Counted from the stretch's first letter, positions 38,500 through 50,853 are shown. The stretch: DNA of 64,000 nucleotides from an uncultured bacterium (GCA_963695435.1 OY968788.1:413456-477455); one strand, 5' to 3'. Translations and numbers: made by a program. The notes: generated by a model not told the origin, from the sequence alone.

Positions 38500-38526
38500 G
38501 GATTCCAGCCTTCGCTGGAATGACAA
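38500..38526. repeat. Family-2 hairpin repeat (attccagc-cttc-gctggaatgaca).
   Basis: Compensatory stem variant of 30548 and 12144. Confidence 0.7.
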
Positions 38527-38531
38527 AAAGA

Positions 38532-38978
38532 TTATCTAATCAACAAAAATAACAAGACACCAATCAAAACCACCTGCGGAAGCAATCCAATCACCCAACC
38601 GGCAGGTTCTCTCGCAAACTGCAGAATCGGTCCGTGCCAATTGTGAAATTGTTTTTGGATGGGAAGTGAATTCCACTTTTCCCAAAAAATTCCGGGGACT
38701 TCAAATAGATCGGGCAAACAAGCAAACATTCCAATTGTAAAAGCGTACCAACGATTTGTTTCTGGCACCAACCACCACCAAAGCGCCAGTGCCAACAAAC
38801 CATCCACAAGCACGAGAACTAAATTACCGACATTCAAATGATGCCCGCCGACTGTATCGCGGTGTGGGATAGCGTCTAAAACAAAATGAGAACTAACCGC
38901 AGCAAGCGCGGCTGGAGCAGTTTCGGGAATGCCTTGAGAAATTGCGACCCCAGTTAGAAAGTGAGGCGTAATCAGCAT
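38532..38978 (-). CDS. Hypothetical membrane protein (4 TM).
   Basis: ORF with hydrophobic helices and conserved His residues. No family assignment. Confidence 0.4.
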   Translation of the reverse strand: MLITPHFLTGVAISQGIPETAPAALAAVSSHFVLDAIPHRDTVGGHHLNVGNLVLVLVDGLLALALWWWLVPETNRWYAFTIGMFACLPDLFEVPGIFWEKWNSLPIQKQFHNWHGPILQFAREPAGWVIGLLPQVVLIGVLLFLLIR

Positions 38979-39241
38979 TATTTAAGTGTTGGCAAAGCAT
39001 TATCCATCAGCTGGCTAATGCGGGAAAAAAATCCCCCAACCACAGGGAGAACCCCGAGGTGGTCTAAAACTAGCCCAGCTAATCCTAGTATCAATGCCAA
39101 GCCGACAGTTGCTCCAAGGGCAGTAAACAACCCGCTTACAAATGAGCGGGCCATGAGATTACTCCAACTGTTGTAGTATTTTTCTAAAGCGGTAGCGAAC
39201 TGACCAAGTGTCTGGGTCGGATTGACCTTTTTGGTTTTCAT
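38978..39241 (-). CDS. Hypothetical small protein with C-terminal TM.
   Basis: Start overlaps the downstream gene stop (ATGA). Confidence 0.35.
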   Translation of the reverse strand: MKTKKVNPTQTLGQFATALEKYYNSWSNLMARSFVSGLFTALGATVGLALILGLAGLVLDHLGVLPVVGGFFSRISQLMDNALPTLK

Positions 39242-39258
39242 ATTTGTATTATACCAAT

Positions 39259-39750
39259 CTAAGCGCTTTTTGACTTGGCGACAGCAATAACATTTTCCTG
39301 AATGTCATTCAGGGAATAATTTACATTCCCTAGCCAACCGCCGAACGGACGAATGTATTTCCATCGCGCCACCATTGCCTTTGGTTCGGGCGAACCACTT
39401 TCGTCATACTTGAATAGTAGCTCGGAGGTGTAAGCAATTGACTCATCCCACGACACGAAGTCGCGGTAACCGCGATAGTGTTTACTGGCTACTCGAAAAT
39501 CTTTTATCCCCCACGCGTTGTAGTCACCCGCCAATTTTTTACCATAACCACTTTCAGCCGCAGAAAGCGCAACTATCATTTGCCAGTTGGGATATTTTAC
39601 TAAAACTTCCGCCGGCATTGGGCTTTTCTTTTCAGCCAAAAAATCCTGCAGTTCTAAAACAATCGGGTCAACTGCCGGTTGGGGCTGATAGATAGGGTTG
39701 GAAACCGAAGAAATAAGGGCAAATATTGCCCCCAACAGATTGTCCATTTT
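39259..39750 (-). CDS. Secreted glucosaminidase-domain (FlgJ-like) peptidoglycan hydrolase.
   Basis: SAAESGYGKKL...YNAWGIK matches the mannosyl-glycoprotein endo-beta-N-acetylglucosaminidase signature. Start at MDNLLGAIFAL with signal peptide. Confidence 0.65.
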   Translation of the reverse strand, partial: KMDNLLGAIFALISSVSNPIYQPQPAVDPIVLELQDFLAEKKSPMPAEVLVKYPNWQMIVALSAAESGYGKKLAGDYNAWGIKDFRVASKHYRGYRDFVSWDESIAYTSELLFKYDESGSPEPKAMVARWKYIRPFGGWLGNVNYSLNDIQENVIAVAKSKSA

Positions 39751-40017
39751 CACCTCCTTACGCCTAAACCTAGCCCCCATCAGGCGTAGGGTTAGAATAG
39801 CACAAACTGGGTAAGTGGTCAAGCCCAAAAATCCGCTCTAGAAACGGATTTCCTTGCTAAAACTGGAGATATAATTAGGAGCTTCTAAGCTTCAAACCGA
39901 CAGTAAATTCATATATTGGTCCTGCCAGCATCCCCCACGCGAACCCCCATATCAGTTCTTCGATGGAGAAAATTAGGGGAAATGGTCTAGACAGTCGGAT
40001 TATCGTATTATGTCATT

Positions 40018-41004
40018 ATGTGGAAAGGCTTAGGTTGGAAATTGGGTGGCATCGGTCTGGTGGTAGGGATATTGATTGGTTTTTGGATTAGCTACAGCTT
40101 TGGTGGCGACATTGCCGTGTCCCGCTGTGACTATCAATTCATTAGCCCCGTCAGGTGTTTTCAGCCAGCCCTAGAGCAAGAAGGTGGATATGGAAAGCTA
40201 GAAACCAATCTGACGACTTATATTAACCAACAAAAACAGACCAATGGCGCGACTAGGGTGGGACTGCACTTTCGGAACTTGCGCAACGGTGCCACTATCG
40301 GCATAAACTCTAATGAATTTTTCTATCCAGCCAGCCTGTTTAAGGTTCCAGTAGCGATGGTGTATTACCGCATGGCACAAAATGATGGGAGTATTTTGAA
40401 ACAATCCTTAACCGCACCGAACAATTTCAATAATATGACTACCCAAACCGTGCCAGCTGTCACAGAAGAAATCCAACCAAAACAAACCTACACCGTTGAT
40501 GATTTAATCAGACGGATGTTGGTTTATTCCGACAATCGAGCGTTGAGCGTACTAAAACAACAACTGGCAAAGTTGGCGGCCCAAAATAATGATGATGATC
40601 TGACTGGACAGATTCTAGAAGACTTAGGGATATTGTATCAATCTCGTGAAGGAGAATTGGTAGTGAGTGCTCGGCAATATTCATCAATTATGCGAATTTT
40701 ATTCAATACCAACTTCCTTGATAACGAATACTCGGAAAAACTATTAAAGATTTTGTCGGAAACTGATTTTCAAGATGGTCTGGAGAAATATTTACCAGAT
40801 GATATAAAAATAGCTCACAAATACGGCATAACCAGACTACCCCCCAGCAAGGCAGTTCAGCTGATGGACTGCGGAGTGATATACCATCCAAAAGTAAGTT
40901 ATTCGGCTTGTGTAATGGTAGAAGCCAAAGATTACGATACCGCTGCAAATATAGTGGCGAATCTATCGAAAATCATCTATCAAGAGATAGACGATCGGTA
41001 TTAG
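40018..41004 (+). CDS. Membrane-anchored serine hydrolase of the class A beta-lactamase / penicillin-binding fold.
   Basis: N-terminal TM anchor. SxxK (ASLFKV), SDN (YSDN), KTG-like (HKYG) motifs in canonical order. Confidence 0.6.
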   Translation: MWKGLGWKLGGIGLVVGILIGFWISYSFGGDIAVSRCDYQFISPVRCFQPALEQEGGYGKLETNLTTYINQQKQTNGATRVGLHFRNLRNGATIGINSNEFFYPASLFKVPVAMVYYRMAQNDGSILKQSLTAPNNFNNMTTQTVPAVTEEIQPKQTYTVDDLIRRMLVYSDNRALSVLKQQLAKLAAQNNDDDLTGQILEDLGILYQSREGELVVSARQYSSIMRILFNTNFLDNEYSEKLLKILSETDFQDGLEKYLPDDIKIAHKYGITRLPPSKAVQLMDCGVIYHPKVSYSACVMVEAKDYDTAANIVANLSKIIYQEIDDRY

Positions 41005-41039
41005 ATTAAGACTAGTTCGTGGTGGACCCGGCGGGAATC

Positions 41040-42526
<1,487 letters not shown>

Positions 42527-42606
42527 CATCTCCTTCTCATCATAAACTAAAAAGCTCTTAGGTTTATCCCTAAGAGTCATCTGCCAGCTAGTCTAGCTGG
42601 GTTTGG

Positions 42607-43608
42607 TTAGATTGCCAAGTTGGAAGTTGAGTCCGTAGTGTCTTCAACCTGCACAGACTTGCGAGTAGCAAGCTTGGTGTAGGTCAGACCAGCCATACCG
42701 AAGGCGGACATCGCCAGCCCTAGGAACGGTAACATTTCTGGTCCAGAGTGAGGCAACATATCGTAAGTGTAGCCTACGAAGGTTGCTTCCTCTCCGTCGT
42801 TACGGTGAACTTTGATTTGACGAGTGCTGGCTTCACTCAAGTCTGGTTCGGATTCAATATCAATAACGATTCGAGTGTCGCTCCAAGAAGTGATCACGGC
42901 AAGCTTGGTGCCGATATAAACTTTGGAATCAGCGCCCTCTACTCCGAAATTAGTACCGGTGATGGTGACTGATTGTGCTAAGTTCTTACTCCCGTGAGTC
43001 GGACTAATGCTAGTAATAGTTGGCGTAGTCGGAAGCACTTCGGCTTCGGCAACGGTGAAGGTTGCGCTAGAACCGGCACTCAAAATGTCAGTACTAGTGC
43101 TGCTGATTACATTGCTGTCAGTGGTTGCGCCAAGGCTGGTAAAACCTAGTGTCAAAGCTACAGTTGAATTAATCGGAGCCAATGTTTTGAAAGTGAGGGT
43201 GGCAACATTACCCGTCCCAGTTGGATAAGCGTTAGGAAGTGTACCTGGCTTTACCGAGTGACCAATATCAACTGTGCCAGCTAGTTTGTCAGTATCACGT
43301 GTAACGAAAGAGTCTTCGTGATTGACATCGCCTGGGGTCCAATAGAAATCATTTGTGGCAGGTCTGGTCGCGGAAACATATTCCAATTTTGCGGGATCAA
43401 AAGTGACTACTATATCGGCACCAGAAGTTCTGCTGGTACCATTGGTGTTGATTACTACATCAACTTTGAAGTTGGAATTGACTGCCACCGAACCGCTGGA
43501 CGGACTGAATGTCATGGTAGCAGGATGAGTATCATCGGCAAACGCAAAAGCCGGTAGAGCAGCTACCAGATAGATCGCCAGAATGCTGATTTTTGCGAAG
43601 TTTTTCAT
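42607..43608 (-). CDS. Membrane-anchored surface protein with cohesin-like N-domain and IPT/TIG domain.
   Basis: Signal peptide. Cohesin-like pattern NFKVDVVINTNGTSRTSGADIVVTFDPAKLEYVS...GNVATLTFKTLAPI. TIG-like ITSISPTHGSK...VTITGTNFG. C-terminal TM (GPEMLPFLGLAMSAFGMAGLTYTKLATRK). Confidence 0.5.
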   Translation of the reverse strand: MKNFAKISILAIYLVAALPAFAFADDTHPATMTFSPSSGSVAVNSNFKVDVVINTNGTSRTSGADIVVTFDPAKLEYVSATRPATNDFYWTPGDVNHEDSFVTRDTDKLAGTVDIGHSVKPGTLPNAYPTGTGNVATLTFKTLAPINSTVALTLGFTSLGATTDSNVISSTSTDILSAGSSATFTVAEAEVLPTTPTITSISPTHGSKNLAQSVTITGTNFGVEGADSKVYIGTKLAVITSWSDTRIVIDIESEPDLSEASTRQIKVHRNDGEEATFVGYTYDMLPHSGPEMLPFLGLAMSAFGMAGLTYTKLATRKSVQVEDTTDSTSNLAI

Positions 43609-43649
43609 TTTTATTTTTTGCCTGCCTTTGTTTTTATTATACTATACTT

Positions 43650-44825
43650 TTAGCTTTCTGTCAAGTCCCCTTGACCATATTGCTCAAGCAACACCTGCAT
43701 ATCCATCCCATTGACTTTGCCATCACCATTGAGATCGGCAGAGTTGCTGGAAGTGTTGCTCTGACCCGCCTCAAACGCGCCCAAAGGCACTGTTTGGGTA
43801 TCTTCGCCTGTTGCCTCAAAAGGCACTATGATCTCTCTCGTAGTCGGGCTGGTAACGACTATCGTGTAGGTGCCAGCTCGAAGCTTGAGTGGGATGACAT
43901 ATTCCCCACCGCTTGCGGATAGGTCAATTTTGTCTTTGTTGTAAATCGGGTTGAGCGCAAGGTCAGTGCAAAGCAGCTTGATGGTCGCATCACTAGGAAT
44001 ATTTTGCGTACCACCGCTAAACGATAGGGTGAGCGCAGAAGTTTCGCTGGTGGACAATACTGCATCAGACGAATCGGCTGCAGAAGTTTGACCATATTCG
44101 ATTATCCAACCGTAAACTGCTGGTCGGTCATCAACCGCAAATGTGCTGAAATCAATTTCCATTCTCAAATATTGTTTGACTGCCCTATCCAAAGTAATTG
44201 TGGCGGATTTAATATTTTCATTTGCTGGAACGGAGACGAAAGCGGGACTAGCCAAATCATGCAGTTCGCTAGTGTCAGATAGATCTTTCTCGTCAGCGGT
44301 GCGATAACCAAAATTAGCCATAGTGGTATCTGGCAAATAGGCGTAAACAGTGATTGAATTCACCAGCACGCCAGTTGTCCCTAAATTGACGGCAGGAGAA
44401 GTGTAGCGATGATTAGCGGAAGTGTCTTCTCCCTCTACCAGCGAAGATACCACCGGCATAACAAATCCTGCTTCGTCAGCCCCCGGAACCATAAAGTCCG
44501 GCTCACCGGCAAAATTGGAAAAGATGCCTGTCCCATCAAAAATAGCAGCGGGCCAATCTTTCGTTTCACCATTAGCAGTTTCAGCACCAGAGGGCACTAT
44601 CCAACTATCTGCTGTGGGGTTTCCTTCAAGATCTGGCAAACCTGCCAAAACATAAGTATTTTCGATGCCAGCCCTGGAACCAAAAATGCGAGACAGCACT
44701 TCGAAACCGCCGGCATAAATAAGAAAAGCCGCAACTGTGACCAGCACGATTACTATCAGCGCAATCGCCCGCCAGCTAATGTGGCGAAGATTATGTTCTG
44801 GAAGTTGATTGAGCAATTGTTCCAT
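43650..44825 (-). CDS. N-terminally anchored surface protein ending in a dockerin-like calcium-binding repeat.
   Basis: N-terminal TM. C-terminal DLNGDGKVNGMDMQVLLEQYG matches the DxNxDGxVNxxD dockerin/EF-hand loop. Confidence 0.5.
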   Translation of the reverse strand: MEQLLNQLPEHNLRHISWRAIALIVIVLVTVAAFLIYAGGFEVLSRIFGSRAGIENTYVLAGLPDLEGNPTADSWIVPSGAETANGETKDWPAAIFDGTGIFSNFAGEPDFMVPGADEAGFVMPVVSSLVEGEDTSANHRYTSPAVNLGTTGVLVNSITVYAYLPDTTMANFGYRTADEKDLSDTSELHDLASPAFVSVPANENIKSATITLDRAVKQYLRMEIDFSTFAVDDRPAVYGWIIEYGQTSAADSSDAVLSTSETSALTLSFSGGTQNIPSDATIKLLCTDLALNPIYNKDKIDLSASGGEYVIPLKLRAGTYTIVVTSPTTREIIVPFEATGEDTQTVPLGAFEAGQSNTSSNSADLNGDGKVNGMDMQVLLEQYGQGDLTES

Positions 44826-44830
44826 TTTGT

Positions 44831-47014
44831 TTAGCGGATTTCGTCTGGTAATTTAGTGCCCCACAAAGCAAAATTGTTAATTATCCAGTTGAGATCCGCC
44901 ATGTTCACCGTCCCATCGTTATTCAAATCACCTAACAAATTGGCAACTGTTTCACCATAGTGAGCAGCAATCGCATCGAAGTCGACCATATTGATTTTGT
45001 TGTCTACGGAAACATTACCGGCTTTGAGGATCGGGAAAGTAACGCCGTAAGCGTTGTTGTCGCCGTTGATAGTAAGAGTATCGGCAAATTTACTCCACAA
45101 GTGGCGATCGCTACGGACGAATACGGAGTAAGTGTCGGCAGGAATTTCAGTACGAGTAGCGGTAATAACCTTAGTGTATTGAGTTTCGTCAGCACTGATG
45201 GTGCCGTGAAAGTTAAGATTCTCGTAAACCTTAGCACCAGTAGTAGTGTTATATAACCTCAAAGTAAATAGTGGGTGTTCTGGGGCGGTAAAGTTGTCTG
45301 GAGAGGTTTCTTCTACTGGAATTGTGAGATTCAAAGTAACCGTGTCACTTTCGCCGAGAATAGTAAGCAAGGCGGTAGCAACGGGGCCGGCTTGGCCGAG
45401 GTCGACAATTGTGCCTGTTACGGTAAGGGTTTTTGCACTGGTTGCTGTTGCCATATCAGTTGCTGTAACAGTCAGTAGTGAAGTTTTGGTTAAAACTGGT
45501 CCGCCGGGGACAATTATCTCATCTGCCCTAAAAGTAATTGATGTTGGGTTAAAGTTGGCCGTTACGCCAGCACCGAAAACCGTAGCAATATCGCTAGACA
45601 AGGCAACTGTACCGGCAAAAGTAGAAACTCGAGTTACTGTGATGGTGTAAGTGGCTGGTGCATCATTTTTTACGACATTATTGGTTGCGGGAACTATCGA
45701 CAAAGTGACTGGCTGATTGGTTTGTGATTCAGATTGGTAATTTAGCGTTATGCTGGTAACAGAAGGCTCGTAGAGATTCAAATCAGTGGAAGACATTGCA
45801 ATGCGGAAGCGAGCTGAACTGATTTCAGCAAGTAAATCGTCATCTGGTAATGACGGGAGAATCGTCCCAGACGATTTCAGCAAGTCTTCACTATCTTCGA
45901 GAATCAAATAATAACCATCTGCACCAAAACCATTTATTGAACTATACACCGGAGTGATACCATCGGCTTTAAATAAACCAATGGAAAATTTAATATTGGA
46001 TCCTGTTGGCTGATCATATTCCGCGGTAAGCGAATTTATGGATGCTACGGGAACTGTAGAAGCAATATTGAATTTTGGTGAGGTATAAACAATTGGAGCT
46101 GGGTCAGTACCGACAAGAAGAGGTGTCCCAATCATCGTGAATGCTGGTTGGAGATCTTCGGTAAAATCTTCATCGTTATCGAACCCCGCATAAAAATTAC
46201 TGGGGATACTTATTGCTTTGGGATACAGATAAAAGCGTGTCTTATAACCAATTAAATCAGCTTTAGGGATGAGCGGGATGGAGTCTCCGTTGGGTCCGGC
46301 TTGGTAATATCCCAGTTTTTTATATGTGAAAAATCCATCTTCCATGTTGGGAAAATCGTCTGTCACTTTGTTATAAACCGGAGCACTGCCGTCTGTTTTC
46401 CAAGTCACTAAATATAAGTCGGCTTTGGCGGTTAGGTTGGTTTCCCAAGTAAGAGTAATGGGCAAACCGTATACCGGAGATTCCAAATAAGTGAGATCCT
46501 TATACAGCAATATCGCAAAGAGGTTGTCGAGAAAATCTGCCCCGACATTATTGCCGTCTGGCTGATTTAATTTCACCAAAATGCGACGGTCGTATGGGTT
46601 GGGGTCAGTCATTAAGCTCGCCCCATCTTCTGTTGGTATTGTCCAATTGTAGATACCAATCCCACTACCGCTACCCTCTGTTTCTGCTGGCAAAGCAGTC
46701 TTGATTATCGATGCGGTGTTACCAGTACCTTCTTGTCTTATCAGCCAAATATCTACAGTCCAGCCGGCGTAGCCTGTCTGCGAGGTTGCTAGTGACCAAC
46801 TAATCGGAACCGTATTCCCAACCAAAAATTTTTGCGAAGAAGCGTTCGAAGGAGAAGTGAGCGTAATTAAATCAGTAGCGGCTTGGGTAGTGCCCAGCGA
46901 ACCGTAAAGAGAATATCCTACGGCGATAGATATAAAACCCAGCGCTATTACTAATTGGAGGGCCCATGGGTGGCGATGAATTGCGGAATTAAATTTTTGT
47001 TTTATTCGTTTCAT
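44831..47014 (-). CDS. Large N-terminally anchored surface protein with C-terminal dockerin-like module (two repeats).
   Basis: N-terminal TM. C-terminus VDNKINMVDFDAIAAHYG + DLNNDGTVNMADLNWIINNF. Confidence 0.5.
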   Translation of the reverse strand: MKRIKQKFNSAIHRHPWALQLVIALGFISIAVGYSLYGSLGTTQAATDLITLTSPSNASSQKFLVGNTVPISWSLATSQTGYAGWTVDIWLIRQEGTGNTASIIKTALPAETEGSGSGIGIYNWTIPTEDGASLMTDPNPYDRRILVKLNQPDGNNVGADFLDNLFAILLYKDLTYLESPVYGLPITLTWETNLTAKADLYLVTWKTDGSAPVYNKVTDDFPNMEDGFFTYKKLGYYQAGPNGDSIPLIPKADLIGYKTRFYLYPKAISIPSNFYAGFDNDEDFTEDLQPAFTMIGTPLLVGTDPAPIVYTSPKFNIASTVPVASINSLTAEYDQPTGSNIKFSIGLFKADGITPVYSSINGFGADGYYLILEDSEDLLKSSGTILPSLPDDDLLAEISSARFRIAMSSTDLNLYEPSVTSITLNYQSESQTNQPVTLSIVPATNNVVKNDAPATYTITVTRVSTFAGTVALSSDIATVFGAGVTANFNPTSITFRADEIIVPGGPVLTKTSLLTVTATDMATATSAKTLTVTGTIVDLGQAGPVATALLTILGESDTVTLNLTIPVEETSPDNFTAPEHPLFTLRLYNTTTGAKVYENLNFHGTISADETQYTKVITATRTEIPADTYSVFVRSDRHLWSKFADTLTINGDNNAYGVTFPILKAGNVSVDNKINMVDFDAIAAHYGETVANLLGDLNNDGTVNMADLNWIINNFALWGTKLPDEIR

Positions 47015-47397
47015 TATTCCTGATCAAAATAGCTGTAATTCAACATCAATTTGCCGTCATTGGTGACGGTGAATGCCTCATTAACAGGTGAGGCAGACCA
47101 ACCAGAACCCATAAAGTTAGGAGTACTTGTATTGCTCAACGTTACTGATTCACCGGCCTTACTCCCCCGCAGATTCAAGAGCGTAGTCAAACGAGGACCG
47201 AATAAAATTGCTAACAGTACAACTACGACACCAGCGGAAATTAAACCAGCTCGCCAAAAATTGCGACGGGGTTTGATGGGGGTAGATTTGTTAGCTGTTT
47301 CCAGTTGAAGAACTGGAGTAGCTACTGGCAATTGGACTGGCTGATCCTCAAGAGGATCCGGTAACAGCGGAAGTGGATTTTCGTTTTGATTTGTCAT
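47014..47397 (-). CDS. Small membrane-anchored protein, co-operonic with the dockerin proteins.
   Basis: Start overlaps the upstream stop (ATGA). One TM. Confidence 0.4.
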   Translation of the reverse strand: MTNQNENPLPLLPDPLEDQPVQLPVATPVLQLETANKSTPIKPRRNFWRAGLISAGVVVVLLAILFGPRLTTLLNLRGSKAGESVTLSNTSTPNFMGSGWSASPVNEAFTVTNDGKLMLNYSYFDQE

Positions 47398-47403
47398 CGA
47401 GCT

Positions 47404-47601
47404 TTATAACTTAGATTCAAAGGTTTGTTCCATGGCCAAAACAGGCTTTTGGGTCAGCTGGTCAAGCTGATAAGAGATCTGATCATAAACAAACCAACCG
47501 GTTAGCATAGTCACGAGCATCAAAAACAAAGTCAGCTGACCATAGATAGGACTGGGTCGGCTGGGTTGTTCCCGTAAGCGTTGAGAGAGTCTCTCTAACA
47601 T
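47404..47601 (-). CDS. Small membrane protein (65 aa), first gene of the operon.
   Basis: ORF with one TM. 6-nt gap to the next gene. Confidence 0.35.
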   Translation of the reverse strand: MLERLSQRLREQPSRPSPIYGQLTLFLMLVTMLTGWFVYDQISYQLDQLTQKPVLAMEQTFESKL

Positions 47602-47664
47602 AGGTTTTGTTTTTGATTTTTTACTTTTGATTATTATGACATTATATCTTATTTTTCGGCTTTT

Positions 47665-47820
47665 GTCAACCCAGTAGAAGATTTTGGAGAATATGCCTCT
47701 TTGTTTTAGCGAAGTTGAGATAATCCAATGAACCTAAAAAATAATTTTATCCTTATATTTATCTGGACTACCGGCATATTTGAGTAGCTAAAACACTCCA
47801 AAATTCTCTACTGGGTCAAC
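47665..47820. mobile_element. MITE-like element (family 3).
   Basis: TIRs gtcaacccagtagaagattttggag / ctccaaaattctctactgggtcaac (25 bp). Confidence 0.7.
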
Positions 47821-47995
47821 TCCTACGCCTATTTGACGAGAGTAACCACCTATGATAAGGTTGCTGTTGTGAAATCCCGTTAGAAATCACCTAACGGCAT
47901 TCTCATAGAGAAAATATAGTAGCGATTGCCGATAAGAATAGTATCTATACATCTGATGTCGGTACAGAAACGCTAGGTTTCTTATTTCTAACGGG

Positions 47996-48241
47996 ATGAA
48001 AAAGGATACCCACCCAACTTATCACCCGAAAGCCAAAGTCACCTGTTCCTGCGGGAATGTGATGGAAGTTGGCTCGACGGCGGAAGATATGCGGACGGAC
48101 AGTTGTTCTGCCTGTCATCCTTTCTATACGGGCAAACAAAAGCAGATTGAGCGAGGCGGACGGATTGAACGATTCAAGGCAAAGGTGGAAAAAGCCGCCG
48201 GTGCCAAGAAAGTGGTCAAGAAACCCAAAAAGACAGTCTAA
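47996..48241 (+). CDS. rpmE: 50S ribosomal protein L31.
   Basis: [22 protein letters not shown]...CHPFYTG (zinc-ribbon L31 signature). Confidence 0.9.
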   Translation: MKKDTHPTYHPKAKVTCSCGNVMEVGSTAEDMRTDSCSACHPFYTGKQKQIERGGRIERFKAKVEKAAGAKKVVKKPKKTV

Positions 48242-48292
48242 CAATTTTAGTAGTAACTACGGCTCTTCCTATATGGCAGGGCTGTTTTTGTG

Positions 48293-48436
48293 CCCAGTAG
48301 AGAATTTTAGATTTGATTATGCCGGTAATACTCGTCTCTAATCTGGCAATCGTACTCTAACTTGGTTAGTGCTGGTCGGAGTGCGTATTGAATAGCATAA
48401 TCAAAGAGTATTACCATCTAAAATCTTCTACCGGGT
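48293..48436. mobile_element. MITE-like element (family 3) between rpmE and prfA.
   Basis: TIRs cccagtagagaattttagat / atctaaaatcttctaccggg. Confidence 0.65.
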
Positions 48437-48458
48437 GTGTCAGAATAAGGATATCGTT

Positions 48459-49511
48459 ATGAAATTCGACCAATTCCAACAAGAATATGAAAAAATCCAG
48501 AGCCAGTTGGAGGATTTATCGAAACTGTCGCCAGTCGAGCAAGGAAAAATGTTCAAGCGACAAGGAGAATTGAAAGAAATTCTAAATATGGCAACTCGGG
48601 CAGAAAAAATTGAAGAAGAAGTTGCTGAACATAAACAGACTATCAAGGATGGTGGTGAATTATCAGAGTTGGCAACAGAGGAATTGCCGCGACTGGAAGC
48701 GGAATATCAACAACTTCAAGCCAAACTAGTTGAGACGACTATTCCAAAAGACCCGGCGGATGATGGAGATGCGATTGTGGAAATTCGCGCAGGTGCCGGG
48801 GGAGATGAAGCAGCGTTATTCGCGGGAGAATTGTTTAGAATGTACTCTCGATTTGCCGAAAAACAGGGTTGGAAAACAGAATTAATCGACAGTAGCGGAA
48901 GCGATGGTGACGGGTTCAAGGAAATAACTTTTCAGATCTTGGGGACGAGAGTATTCGGACAATTGAAATGGGAAAGTGGAGTGCATCGAGTTCAGCGAGT
49001 ACCGGTGACAGAAGCAAAGGGAAGAGTGCACACCTCTACTGCAACTGTTGCCGTATTGCCTGTAGCGGACGAATCTGAAATAGAAATCCGCCCCGAAGAT
49101 TTGCGAATTGATGTTTTTCGTTCGGGCGGACATGGTGGACAAAGCGTGAACACAACCGATTCCGCAGTGCGTATCACTCACCTACCGACTGGGCTGGTCG
49201 CTACTTGCCAAGATGAGAAATCGCAGACGAAAAATAAATTGAAAGCGATGGGTGTGCTTCGGGCAAGAATTTCTGATTTTGAGCGTGCCAAGAAACAGCA
49301 GGAACGGGGTGATACTCGTCGTCAGCAGATTGGTACTGGAGATAGGAGTGAAAAAATCCGAACCTATAATTTCCCGCAAGATAGAATCACCGACCACCGC
49401 ATAAATGAGAGTTGGCACAATATCGCGGGTATCTTGGAAGGTAATTTATCCCCTATCGTAGATACTTTGCGGGCTGAAGAAATTAAACGATTGACCGGCA
49501 ATGCCGACTAA
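48459..49511 (+). CDS. prfA: Peptide chain release factor 1.
   Basis: GGQ motif ([24 protein letters not shown]). Start at MKFDQ with AAGGA SD 8 nt upstream. Confidence 0.9.
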   Translation: MKFDQFQQEYEKIQSQLEDLSKLSPVEQGKMFKRQGELKEILNMATRAEKIEEEVAEHKQTIKDGGELSELATEELPRLEAEYQQLQAKLVETTIPKDPADDGDAIVEIRAGAGGDEAALFAGELFRMYSRFAEKQGWKTELIDSSGSDGDGFKEITFQILGTRVFGQLKWESGVHRVQRVPVTEAKGRVHTSTATVAVLPVADESEIEIRPEDLRIDVFRSGGHGGQSVNTTDSAVRITHLPTGLVATCQDEKSQTKNKLKAMGVLRARISDFERAKKQQERGDTRRQQIGTGDRSEKIRTYNFPQDRITDHRINESWHNIAGILEGNLSPIVDTLRAEEIKRLTGNAD

Positions 49512-50328
49512 CCCATTGCGCGTAAGTGAGGCATTACGGTGGGGACAGCAACAATTGAAGATGGGCCGTACTGCCAATTTGGATGCGCGAGTTTTGCTGG
49601 CGGATGTTTTGGGTTATTCAACAACAGAATTGTTGAGTAATTTGCAAAGAACATTACCTGCTAGTATTCATAAAAAATATAAGTTGCTTATCAAACAACG
49701 GGTAAATGGTGTACCGGTGGCGTATTTGGTTGGAGAAAAAGAATTCGGCGATATAACTTTGAAAGTAAATCGTAATGTATTAATACCTCGCCCTGCTACC
49801 GAAGCAATAGTTGAAGAAGCAATAAAAACTGCAAAATTGCAGAAAGCAAAATCTATTTACGAAATTGGCACAGGCAGTGGAGTAATTGCTATTTCTATCG
49901 CCAAAAAACTTCCTAAAGTAAAAATAGTCGCTAGTGATATTTCCCCAAAAGCACTCCTTGTTGCTAAAGAAAATATTCGCCGATACAAGCTGAATGGACA
50001 AATCAAATTGGTGAAAAGTAATCTGGGAGAACATATCAAAAAACCTGCTTTGGTAGTGGCAAATCTACCGTATTTGCCAAACATTTTACGAAAGAAAAAT
50101 GAATTGAAATTCGAACCGAGCAAGGCACTCTTTGCTGGCGAAACTGGATTGGAATTGTATAAAAAAATGTTCGCCGATTTGTTATTCACCACGGCAATTA
50201 TCGAACTTGGAGCAAAACAATACCCACCGATAAATAAATGGCTAAAACAAAAATATCCCTGCGCTGATATTGTGCCTGTGCGGGATTTGGATAAAACAAT
50301 TTGTGGAATAAAAATAATTAAAAGTTAA
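49501..50328 (+). CDS. prmC: Release-factor glutamine N5-methyltransferase (HemK/PrmC).
   Basis: SAM motif [15 protein letters not shown] (NPPY-type) catalytic motif. Overlaps the prfA stop. Confidence 0.85.
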   Translation: MPTNPLRVSEALRWGQQQLKMGRTANLDARVLLADVLGYSTTELLSNLQRTLPASIHKKYKLLIKQRVNGVPVAYLVGEKEFGDITLKVNRNVLIPRPATEAIVEEAIKTAKLQKAKSIYEIGTGSGVIAISIAKKLPKVKIVASDISPKALLVAKENIRRYKLNGQIKLVKSNLGEHIKKPALVVANLPYLPNILRKKNELKFEPSKALFAGETGLELYKKMFADLLFTTAIIELGAKQYPPINKWLKQKYPCADIVPVRDLDKTICGIKIIKS

Positions 50329-50350
50329 AAATGAAAAATGAAAAATTTTG

Positions 50351-50445
50351 GTAGCTCCTTCGTTGCCTTCTAGTGGCTAGTGGCTATTCGCTAGTGGCTG
50401 CTCCTAGATACTAGATACTAGACGCTAGATACTAGATGCTATTTA
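50351..50445. repeat. Low-complexity tract (ctagtggctagtgg... ctagatactagat...).
   Basis: Direct 7-bp-scale repeats between convergent prmC and rnhA. Confidence 0.6.
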
Positions 50446-50853
50446 GCGTGCATCCAATGCACGATTGACCAGACTATCGGCGTGAGTATTTTTTTCGCGG
50501 CGAATATGGGTAAAAACAATGTGTCCAAATGTTTGGCTAAGTTTTTGGACTTTAGCGAACAGGGGTTTCAAGTCTTCGTCTTTCACGCGATATTCCCCTT
50601 TCATTTGTTTGACCACCAATTCGCTATCCAAAAAAGCTCGCAGAGCAACACCTGCTGGTTTTGATAATTTGCCGACTTGTTCAAGCCCAGCAATTAGCGC
50701 TTTGTATTCGGCTTGATTGTTGGTGGTTTCGCCAAGATAACGGATAAATTCTTTTACCACTTTTCCCGATTCATCCATTATCACTACCCCCAGAGCCGCT
50801 GGCCCGGGGTTGCCTCTGGCACCACCGTCAGTATAAACAGAGAGTTGTTTCAT
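50443..50853 (-). CDS. rnhA: Ribonuclease HI.
   Basis: VYTDGGARGNPGPAALGVVI, TNNQAEYKALI, catalytic DEDD arrangement. Confidence 0.9.
   Translation of the reverse strand: MKQLSVYTDGGARGNPGPAALGVVIMDESGKVVKEFIRYLGETTNNQAEYKALIAGLEQVGKLSKPAGVALRAFLDSELVVKQMKGEYRVKDEDLKPLFAKVQKLSQTFGHIVFTHIRREKNTHADSLVNRALDAR

Noticed and set aside
42607-43608. C-terminal GPEM...TM...TRK tail read as a PEP-CTERM exosortase signal.
   Set aside because: About 15 residues follow the basic cluster, no PEP tripeptide is present, and no exosortase gene is nearby. Treated as a simple TM anchor.
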